A stretch of DNA of 64,000 bases, taken from positions 10,602,001 through 10,666,000 of the forward strand of contig CAIIXF020000001.1 of the NCBI GenBank assembly GCA_903813345.2. Reading direction: 5' to 3'. Positions 53,648 to 64,000 of this stretch are shown here, in pieces. The notes beneath the pieces are model-generated. The model was not told the origin of the DNA. It searched no databases and saw only the letters and a list, made by a program, of their open reading frames with translations. The DNA is from Owenia fusiformis. Its lineage: Eukaryota. Every line of letters starts with the position of its first letter. Position 1 is the stretch's first letter. Made by a program: the position numbers and the translations under genes.

Positions 53648-53993
53648 TCTGAAATTAGAGGATGCTTGAAGATTTACTAAGAGTGTGTCTTAGTTTGTTT
53701 AAGTGGTGGTAAGATTATATGATTCATTTATATATGAGGATAAACTTTGCCCAGGGCTGGGGGAGGTCTGCTCGAGCTTGGATTCCGATGGCTGTTCAAT
53801 TTATATATGTCGCATAAAAATATTTCAATGCAGCCGTGTGTGTTAGTGGTCGCTATTTACCGAAACAGACATGACACATTAGGAGTAAATCAAATTTTTT
53901 ATGAAAACATATTTATTCTAGTTAGTTCTAATTATCCAAAAAGAGATAAAAAACAAATTGTCCCAAGTAAAAACTGATATCATGATATCTTAC

Positions 53994-54217
53994 CTCTTGC
54001 TAGCGACTTCTCCAAACTAAGTTCTGGTATATGTTTCCTTGGTTCTGTCTTTGTGTATTATCTCTCCAGTCGGAAATACAGGCTAAGTGGCTTGATAGTC
54101 ACTTAATTAATGTCTTGTTGTTTTTTGTGTCACGTTGTATGTTTTGTAAGGCCTAAATCGGCAAATCTGAGATTGAAAAACCCTTACTTAAACTAATTTT
54201 GTGAAATACATTTTATA
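53994..54217 (-). promoter_or_regulatory. TATA box and non-coding first exon of family B paralogue 2
   Basis: Minus-strand TATAAAA at 54217-54211, donor GAG|gtaaga at 53994/53993, acceptor 1 nt before the ATG (53648). Confidence 0.55.
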
Positions 54218-55896
54218 ATCCAGGGCGATTTGATTTTTGCCGTGGTATCGTCCATTTACAATAATGTTACTTTAAGCTTTGTAAGCATCACAATGCCCCC
54301 ATACAATGTACTTCAAATCTGAACGAATTGTCACCTATAATAAATGAATATACTTAACAAAAACGAAGTTTTTTTAATGTCTTTGCTTAGGAGCATATAT
54401 TTATATACGAAGATCAAAAATCATGAAAAAGAAAAGGCGTGTACCGATTTTCTTTTTGTACGAATTCGAAAGAAGTCATGTTGAATGTGCTGTTTAAATA
54501 ATTTTCTACATTGCATTTATTGAATAAAAACGCATACAATCCATGTTTGCCAGCAGTCTCTAAAAGTAAAACATTATTGAAATGAATATATACGGGTGGA
54601 TTATAGACAAGATTAAAAGAATTCGTTGAACACACACTATCAATACAAAAAGTTGTCATTTACAAAAAATATAAAAGCTTTTTAGCAAACAGAAGGGATT
54701 GATACGCGACCGTCTGACACTAACGTGAACTAGTATTTACCATGTTTACATAATTTGTGTGTATTGACTCCTACGCAGATCTATTTGTTGGTTTACCCAT
54801 CCTCATGAATTGTCCTCACAGAGATCCTAACTTTAACATAATAATGTTTTCATGCGCTCAGTTTATTTCAGCTACTTATGATCACTTGGAGTGGTGTTCA
54901 ACTATAACACCATGGTCCAATTTGAAATTGAAGTACAGTCTATATTAATGCGACAAAAATCTTAATGTAACATAATCGTTTTTCTACACTTTGATAATTG
55001 TCATGATTGATTTTTTCTTTTTCATCTCATACCAGAACTCCTACTCGCATTGAACAAATAGCCAGTGGCGAGTCCCATAAATAAAAATATTTTAGTATGA
55101 GGACCATGTTGAGCAGAACTGGACTGGGGGTATACTTATTTTCTATTATAAAGACTTACTTTTTAGTGTCCTGCTGATTCAATAATATATCAAAAATGAC
55201 ATCATTGACATCCGAGAATTTGTTTAGAAGGTGCTTTAATTCTGAGGTTTGGTAGTGCTCTACTACAGTATGGGCCAAAGTGTGAGACTTTGTTATAAAT
55301 TACTAGTACAATAACGTCATTTCCGCGGGCTATATTGCCCTTCGAAATGACGTTATTAGTATTATTACCACCGTTATTCGACCAGGGCTGAAATAGCAGG
55401 AAAATCTTACACACTGAACGATATTTAATTTCCCGGGGAAAATTGCCGGTCATTAATTGCATTATTGACTGCCATTATGGACCACCACTATGACGTCACA
55501 TATTGCTCAGGTCGATATGGTAAAATGAATGCCTTCTAAACTAGCACTAAAACCCCTAGAACTGACCCGGCAAGGTGGTAATAATATTGATTTTTTCAAA
55601 CTGATGCAGTTCGTATTATAATGACAAACGTCATCAGAGATAAGTTCGTCTTTGGAACCCAACCTGCCAACGAGTACGACTATATCTTGTCTTTTTCTGA
55701 GTCCTAACTGAGTCTTGGGTTGGGTAAACCTTTTAAACAGGACTTGTTTCTTTTCCCTTATTCATTTAAAAAATCTAAAACTGCGTAAATTGGAGATCTG
55801 ACAGACGCCGCTAAACAGATTAGAGTGTATGCAAATATTAAAGCTATAATTATGATATGAGAATAGATGGCATCGCGTTTTGCTATCGATGGAACG

Positions 55897-55930
<34 letters not shown>
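55897..55930. repeat. (TTGA)n microsatellite
   Basis: About 8 tandem copies. Confidence 0.9.
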
Positions 55931-57690
55931 TCAATTGATTTCTGCATATAACAAGAATAATATGTAAATGAAAGTTTAAACCATGATTATAAGGTCAATG
56001 ATCGAACGTCAAGTGATCGAGACGCTATATTTGGTATACGGATTTAAAAGATCAATCCATCATGTATATAACATTTTTGCAAAAAGTCATCAAATATTAC
56101 TTTATAGAATGATATACGACCACTGATATTCATGGGTAATTCCATGTTTTTCAAGTATACTATATTAAATCTATTCATGAATAGACGTGGCGTATTTATT
56201 ACCTTAACGCAAATGCATTACCGAAATTACTGAGACATGCTATTAGGAATTTTAGGTGTCCGTGCGATCAATGAGTATACGCGATTATACACGCCATTCT
56301 TGATTATAAATACAGAATGTGGTTTGGTTGACATTGGAGTTCAGTTCTAATTTGTTTCATGGTGGGTTTGTCACGTTATGTATCCTATATATCACATTTA
56401 TTTACAGCAAAATAACGTTCACATATGTTATATATAAGTCGAAGCAGGGATAACACAAAGCAAGGATGTTGATCGTTGCTCTTATAGCCAAAAGGCTAAT
56501 TTGACATGACTTGAATAAATATCGATAAAACTTGAGATATTCAATTTCACCCGAGTAAAAGCAAATATTGTGTTAGTTCGTACTTTTACTTTGAGGTTTA
56601 CAACCCTATTTGCTTCTATAGAAACCAAAAATGGCTGCCATGTACGTGCATTCCCAATAATAGAAAAGCGTAAACAGTCAGATATTCGTCGCAGATAAAC
56701 AGTTTCGTGTAGGTAAGTGGTACAATTTCAAGGTTTTCATGATTTGCACCTTATGGTGGGGTCGCGTGTATTAATGGTATTATGATTAAGGATGAATGAG
56801 TAAAACATATGTGATAGCGAGAGCAAACATTTATTCCAACAAAACTTAATAAATATTTTAATGTGCAGGGACGCTCTAAGCTCTAAGAAAAGATTTGATT
56901 TGACTTTTTAGGCAGGTAAGTGTTCATTTTCAAGGTCTCTTTTAGTCTGAATATGATTCAACACGGCTTTGGAGTCTAGGAATCAATAATCCACTTGCCT
57001 CAGGTCAATCCTATCGCTAATCCAATACAAAGAAATACATCCAGCTCTCAATAAAATTATTAATGTTCATGCAAAACAAAATGGTGGCACAAAGATTGCG
57101 TTTGTCCTGGTGGAATTTCATTTAGGAGTAAGTACTCGGAATAATGGACGTTGGCCATCAAGTGGTGGACCATTCTTATAGGGAACGGTTACTCTTTGTT
57201 GTACAGAGTTGATTTACCAAACCTCGCTATCATTTACTTTTTATCTAAGCTTTCGATTGGGGATTTTTTGTCAATTAATGTAAACCTGAACAGATAACGT
57301 CGAATAACGATTGGTAATCAGATCTTTCCGAAAGCTAAAGAGCTAGAGATGATTGAAAAACTCAAATACAGACTACAGAAAACTATGTCAATGTAAGCGA
57401 TCACATTTTGAATAAGAATTGATAAATCACATTGATCTATTATTGTATTAGGCTACGTGAATAAATAATAAAAAAGATGGAAGACTAGGACACGTACAGA
57501 TTTGTGTCAAAATAACCCCAATATGTTTTGTTGATCGTGTTTATTATGGCAACTGATTTGATTCAGTCACGGATTTATTCCATTGTGATTTGATTAAATC
57601 AACATTCCTTTTTATACCTTAAAAATGTGTTTATTTGTATTTCAGTTGTTCCGCGACCATGGCTGTTCGGAAGAGTAAACCTTTTTTGAT

Positions 57691-58308
57691 ATGGATAAAA
57701 TAAACAAACAAATTCAAAACTATCATAAAGCACAGACATACGCACCGAATCAACAAAAAACTCACACCAAAAACACCATTAAAGTTAGCAGTCATAACAG
57801 CAGAATGCCAGCACCCACCTATAAAGGAAATTTTAGTAACACTAGCAATGGATCTTATGGAGGATTCCATAAAGAATGGAGGCCAACCACACTGGGCCAA
57901 CTACCCAAGTCCCAGAAGAATAAGAAACACATGAAGTTCATTGAAGATCTCCCGAGAGTCAGCGATGAATACGGCTTTTACGCATGGGAGAAAGTAAAAC
58001 AGGATAACGAGAACAAAGAATTTATGTCCGAGTTGGAACGAAATAAGAAAAACAGCAGAGCTTCTGGTCTTTTGGACGAAGAAAAGGGATGGGCCAATAC
58101 ACAGAAGAGAAAGGAATCCTTCTTACCACCAATTAACAATAATAAAAGGGACTCCTTTAAAACCAATGCCAGTTTCAGTGTCACTACGGGCCCCATTGAT
58201 CAGAGTTTCAGACTCCCTGATATTAAACATATTAATATCCAGTTAACATTGGCTGACGACAGACAAGTAACAATAAGGGCAGATCCCAACAAAGCCCATT
58301 TTACGTAG
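57691..58308 (+). CDS. Uncharacterised 205-aa (possibly 216-aa) basic, largely disordered protein, single coding exon
   Basis: Longest ORF in the window, with a GC rise. Acceptor tttcag at 57645 and upstream non-coding donors at 56712/56713 and 56915/56916. Contains FLPPI and RLPDI motifs. No family recognised. Confidence 0.7.
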   Translation: MDKINKQIQNYHKAQTYAPNQQKTHTKNTIKVSSHNSRMPAPTYKGNFSNTSNGSYGGFHKEWRPTTLGQLPKSQKNKKHMKFIEDLPRVSDEYGFYAWEKVKQDNENKEFMSELERNKKNSRASGLLDEEKGWANTQKRKESFLPPINNNKRDSFKTNASFSVTTGPIDQSFRLPDIKHINIQLTLADDRQVTIRADPNKAHFT

Positions 58309-59832
58309 AAGATCAAATCATGGTTAATATGGAATATTGCATCTAGGATGTAGGATATCTAGGATATTGATGTGATGATGATATTGATGATGATAGTGAT
58401 GAGTGAAATGATATGAAAGGATAATGTTCTGGACTCAATGATATTTGTGATGTTCTTGTATGGGATTTAAAGGCTTGCATAAAAGAAACAAGGTCACATT
58501 TTCCCTTATATTAAAGACTACCTTTATCAACCGTGCTTAGTTGTCTGTTAAAGCTCGGCCATGTTGAGCCCTGATTGGCCGAGTGTAATACAGGTCTAGC
58601 TGTATGAACAAACAGTATTGAATAGTATGGCTGTGATTTTAGAAATTGTAAGATAAGATTCAAAAGGATAATTACTTCATCCTGGGAAATCTGAAATCAA
58701 GTATACTGTATGCAACTAGTACATTCTGTCCTTTGAACCAATCAAAACATTAAACTGGTGGGTATAGCCATCCATGAAAATCAGTGTTGTTTGCAGAAAA
58801 CTATGCCACACTTAGCTTGTATATCTCAGCAACATTTTGCTTTGTGATGAAAAAATGCCACATGGACTCCAATACTGATCGAATAATGTCAGAAAACAAC
58901 TGGGATGTTAACCATTTAATCAAATAAGAAACAAAACATGACCAAAATATTGTGTATATAAGTAGTTGCTTGGACATGGTAATACTACATTAATACAAGT
59001 AGGGATAGTTGAGATTATTTTTATATTCTGATATAAACTGTAGAGACTTTACATATGATATATTCATTGAATGATACAATACAGTCTACACACAGTCCAC
59101 ATAAAAATAACCTCTGAGGTAAATGGTCTAGGGAAATAAATGGAGGGTCATCAAGCATTTTTTGTGGTTGTGTGATAGACTGTAGCAAACTACTCAAAAC
59201 AACTAGTAAAATATATATGTTTGATATGTATATTTTATCATTGAGATTTTGCACTACATTTATTTTGAATTATACATCAATTTGTACATTTTTATGAATT
59301 ACACATATAGCATGCAGACTAGAAAAAGCAACTTTTTAGAATTATATTTTTGGTGCTCTACTTTATATATAAAACAAATGATGATTAGAGAGACAAAATG
59401 ATAATTCAATTAATGTAAATCTTTATACATACAATTAAACCTTAACATTTAAACTTAGATCATTTTTAATCTTTCATTTTTATCTACTTTTTTCCCTCTC
59501 ACCATGTTTACATATAACTCTACCAATAGTTCCTACTAAAATATTTAATCGTCATATATTTATAAAAAGACAATGTACATTCATTCAAATTCATATTCAA
59601 AATGACGTAAAGCAAGGGACAATTATTACAGTTCCCTAAAATAAACAATTATTTCAATTTATCAAGATATAAAGATCCCATAGCAAAAAATAGAATATAA
59701 AGGTTCCATCAGACAGAGCCATATGAGTCTCTGCATCAGATAAAGAGAAATGTTGAACATTCTTGAATAAATATTAGTGCGTGTACAAAAACTACAAAAA
59801 TATTTCAAAATATTAAAACAATATAACAAACA

Positions 59833-60301
59833 GGCTTTGTATAAAAAAACTACCTCATACCCACCTACCCACGTATGTGGGACATGATACAGTCTTTGAA
59901 GGGTTCAATTTTAAAGATCTTAGTTTATTAAATCTTAGTTTATGATGAATTATAGATGCATTTGTAACGACCCTTGATAGCAAGTTGCTACTACATCCCA
60001 GCTGGGTTCGATTCCCACTCGGGACATCGAATTTAGCACACTTTCTTTCAATTTCTTTATCTGGCTTGTTGGACCTATGCTCGCAGTCATTTAAATGCAT
60101 CCATATGCCTTTATTTATGGATCTGTCATCTGTCTAGTCATAAAATAAAGCCGGAATTGTAGAAATGTTAATAATTTTTGTTAATTATATTTTGAGATTT
60201 AATAATCTTTAAAATTGAACCCTTCAATGACTGTATCATGTTCCACGTAGGTGGGTAGGTGGGTAGGTGGGTATGAGGTAGGAGGTTTTTTATACAAAGC
60301 C
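59833..60301. mobile_element. Mutator (MULE)-type MITE with 9-bp TSD
   Basis: taacaaaca|GGCTTTGTATAAAAAA...TTTTTTATACAAAGCC|taacaaaca, with ~100-bp TIRs. Confidence 0.85.
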
Positions 60302-61313
60302 TAACAAACATGGTGAATTCAACAGTGTAACAATACCAGTGAAGGTTATATAGGTGATAACTATCAAGTCAAGTCCATTCCGTACATTATGGAATTAAGT
60401 TTTGGAATCAGTTAGATTCCGCACGATCTAATGCTCCCCTCCCCCTCCGCCTTACTTCACTCTATTCTCTTAATTTCATAATTCTGGATAATTTCCCCCT
60501 GGCACTTCTTGTATACTTGCATACAATGACACGGGCGTAGCATTATATTTGAAGTTATACCCCCAGAGAATGGGATGCCAAAGGCTGGCCCACAGGGGGG
60601 TCCATAAGCAGTTCCCTACCCATTCCTAGAAAATGTTGATACTTTCGCCGCAATCTGAGCATTTCTAATACCTGAATTACTTAAAAAATCAGACTGGAAG
60701 TTATTTTCAAATTCTCTGCTATGCATATTCCATAAAGGATGCTATGCCCGTGAATGCATCAAATTCACATCAAGACATACATTGTCTCTGTTCCTTTCAT
60801 TTCTTGCTAATTCCCCTCCTATAAAAACCTGATTTTGAGATTCAAAGTCACCGTATTCAATTCAATAAGTGCCTAAATAAGCAGATTATGCTTCCTACGT
60901 TGTCACGTATTGATAATGCCGATAATTCTTAATAAAGCATGATTGATATAAATATGAGTCTCGTATATTTCTCTAAAAGCTGAGTTGCAGGCACATCTTT
61001 GTCCAGTAAGTATGTAGAGATATTTGAAATGTGTTCAATGATTAAGTGTTCAACACTTCAGTCAATGGTACTTTGAGTATTACCCTTTTAAGTTCAATTG
61101 GCCAAGTTTAAACCCAGTCATTTCTCCTTAGATTTGAATCATGATATGTGATAAGAACATATATTTCAATATGATTTTTGAGCGTCTGATTGTTTTGTTC
61201 ATTGCTATTGATCCTTCATTTTAATATACATTGTTATATCAAAACATGGCCTGTCTTCATGGTTTGTCTTCAATTCCTTATATGGAGCTTCATCCTTTCT
61301 TCCTAATATGGTG

Positions 61314-63725
61314 CTATATGGAGAAGTTGGCATAAGTGCTGAAAGACTCCATGTAGAACTGGGACATGTCATACAGGAACTTGTACTGCTCCTACAATGG
61401 TAAAACCAGTACATAATATATGGACTCCATTATCTCCAATACGAAATGGATGGAGTTATTTGTTTGGTGAATTTCTAATGCAACACAATGATTTATTGAA
61501 TATTGGAGATAATTCAAAAAATGTGAATTCTAACCTAAAATTGAAAAGGATTCTCCTTTTACAAGGATTTGAAATCTTATGATTCACCCATTATGTGCAA
61601 TGCCAAATTAACCACATCAAGCCAGAAGCTACAAGGGATGTAATATAAATTGAGTTACAGTAAAAAACGTAAAATAATGCACGTAAAAATGGTAGCCATT
61701 TTTCAAAATGTACGCCTACGCCCTTAAGTGTCATTAGACAGTGTGCCATGCTTATGGTATTTACATATCAAATATGAACAAAATCGCTCAACTACTTTTG
61801 GAGTTATAGTAAAAAAAGTTATAAAATGACGGCCATTTTTCAAAATGGCCTTTCTTCCAAAAGTGTCATAAGACACTGTACCATGGTATTCACATACTAA
61901 ATATGAAGAAAATCGCTTCACTACTTTTCGAGTTAGAGTAAAAACGTTAAAATGGCAGCCATTTTTAAAAATGGCTGCCTTCTAGCAAAAGTGTCATGAG
62001 ATAGCGTGCCAAGCTTATAGTATTCACATACCAAATATGAACAAAATCACTCCACTAGTTTTCGAGATATACTAAAAAACGTTAAAATGGGGGCCATTTT
62101 TCAAAATGGCTGCCTTCTACCAAAAGTGTCATAGACAGTGTGCCATGCTTATAGCATTCACATACGAAATATAAACAAAATCATTCCACTACTTTTCAAG
62201 TTACAGCAAAAATCATAAAATAGCGTGTTAAGGCCACCATTTTTCAAGATGGCTGCCATGTGTTTCTTTGATATCTACATTTCTAGCTTTATTAAGGTCC
62301 TATATAATTTCTTCCATTTAAAACATATTCACTGGTACTTACGCTGACGATACGTCAGCGTAACAAGATGGAAGAACTTCCGGGCTTTGTTTTCGGTAAG
62401 ATATTTTTATTTCTCGATTCTACACCACATATAAGTCAAATTGTGGACAATAATTTGGCTTATATATACAAAACATAGAACTGCCTGCATATTCTCAAAC
62501 TAGACCATCTTCCTTATCTTTGAGCCAAATTATTGTCCACAAGTTGACTTATAAGTGGTGTAGAATCAAGAAATAAAAATATCTTACTGAAAACGAAGCC
62601 CGGAAGTTCTTCCATCTTGTTACGCTGACATGTTGTCAGCATAACTAGGTGAGTACCAGTGATATTACTATTACAGTTTTACATATTGTACCTAAATTAT
62701 TGTAAAATCGGCACTAAAATGACAGCCATTTTTGAATAAGTGGCCATTTTGAAAATTGGCTTTCGAGCAGAACTTCTACCTCCATAGGGTATATGTGTAC
62801 AAAATATGAACAAAATCGGGCCAATGGTGTTTGAGTTATTGCCCGGATGGACTGATGTATGGAAGGACGTATGTCCATATGGACGGACGGACGGATGGAT
62901 GGATGGACGGATAGAGGCGTTTTCTATATCCCTCCCAACTTCATTTAATGGGATAACAATTAAATCTTATTTATGAAGTTAGAATAGCTTACAACATCAG
63001 TGATGATCTCTGGTCTATGGTTCCTCATATGCTTCACTGTCTGGAAGATGTCTATTTCCTGTTCTATCTTCATCTTTTCTCTTATACAGTTCAATGCTGC
63101 ATAGACACCACTGAACTGGGACCCATTCCTGCAATTAAAGTGCAACATAAACTATATTTCAATGCCATTTGTTCTTCGCGATCTAAGAATCTCTTTTTGA
63201 TTGCTCTGGGTCTAAGTGCATGCAAATGAAGCCATATTTCACAGCAATCAATAGTATAATTGCATTTAAAATACATACTAGTATTCCCCTGGTGATCCCT
63301 CATCTGTTAGTTCATCCAGTATAATCAATCTGATATTCTATTGTTCAAATTCATCCAGTGTAATCCACTACATATTCCCTGTTTTTTTATTTTTTAGTAA
63401 ACATATTTTTTATTTCTTGACAGTTCTCTAAAAAATAATCAATTATCCAAACGAAAACTTTGGAAAATATTCAGCAGAAGGCAAGCCTATGTTCAGAGCT
63501 GCATTGTTATGAAAGAATCCCATTGATTATTATGGGATACATAAAGGTCCCATCATATGCTACTTACACACAGTGAATAACTATGGGTCCATTCTGGGTC
63601 TTCTGCTGCCACTTCTCAACATCATCAAACAAGCCAAGGAGAGACATGTTGGATGTTGGGAGGCTTTTGTCATTGGGCCAGCACTGAAAGTCAAACTGTT
63701 TGATGTCCCTGGGCTCTTCGTCAAC
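61314..63725 (-). CDS. Receptor-type protein tyrosine phosphatase (PTPRA/E-like C-terminus), last three exons encoding the end of the D2 domain; 5' part beyond the window
   Basis: Exons 63725-63568, 63128-62993 and 61391-61314 splice to VDEEPRDIKQFDFQCWPNDKSLP...GPIVIHCVNGSQFSGVYAALNCIREKMKIEQEIDIFQTVKHMRNHRPEIITDVEQYKFLYDMSQFYMESFSTYANFSI*. PTP motifs are present (QF..W, IVIHC, DIFQTVK..R..R, EQYKF) plus the YANF tail. Confidence 0.92.
61619..62960 (+). mobile_element. HINE/Helentron-type element with ~4 tandem ~130-134-bp core repeats and a (GGAC/GGAT)n microsatellite, in the last PTP intron
   Basis: Core motif aaatatgaacaaaatc at 61770, 61899, 62033 and 62167; microsatellite 62880-62910; TATATCCC, hairpin and GGGATAA at the end. 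Confidence 0.7.
62330..62661. mobile_element. 332-bp palindromic MITE, CAC...GTG ends, 5-bp TSD (Transib-like family 3), nested in the HINE
   Basis: atatt|CACTGGTAC...GTACCAGTG|atatt, with ~130-bp inverted arms. Confidence 0.85.
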
Positions 63726-64000
63726 CTGGAGGACAATAAAATATCATAAAAATATTCTGTGTATGTTGATGGAGTGCAACATAACCATACAAACTGACAA
63801 AGGGTCCCATTGAGCCAGTTAGGTTACATCTGGGCCAGCTGATATTTCCAGTATAGGAAAATAACATGACAGCTGATTGAACGGACTTCAAAAACACTTT
63901 CCAAACAATCCATACATTTGATTTACATGCCCCATGTGAATACAACTATTATGAGTTTAATGTTTTAGCAGTTTGATATATGTGTATCTATACAACGAGT

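Overview
AT-rich, intron-rich eukaryotic (animal, probably marine invertebrate) genomic DNA. Most short ORF-track entries are spurious, so genes were rebuilt by splicing exons by hand. Recognisable genes: a complete 6-exon CENP-O gene (minus, 12769-33006) and the 3' end of a receptor-type tyrosine phosphatase with a catalytically degenerate D2 domain (minus, 61314-63725). There is also an uncharacterised single-coding-exon gene (plus, ~57659-58308). The most notable content is two unrelated pairs of tandem paralogues that look like small secreted peptide precursors and that I cannot assign to a known family. (A) A plus-strand pair sharing a 21-nt microexon: one complete 92-aa precursor ending ...KKKHIRKINAFGQFVGI-GKR*, and a partial paralogue ending ...KKKIVKQTNPFQLVPEED*. 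(B) A minus-strand pair (155 and 147 aa) with a signal peptide, a coiled-coil-like pro-region and a C-terminal RRRR-PC(P/I)GCP(GR)* peptide. In each pair only one member carries an amidation signal. The rest of the window is dense with non-autonomous DNA transposons, including three CAC...GTG palindromic families with 5-bp TSDs (Transib/RAG-like ends), plus Helentron-type elements, a tRNA-derived SINE and a 28-bp satellite.
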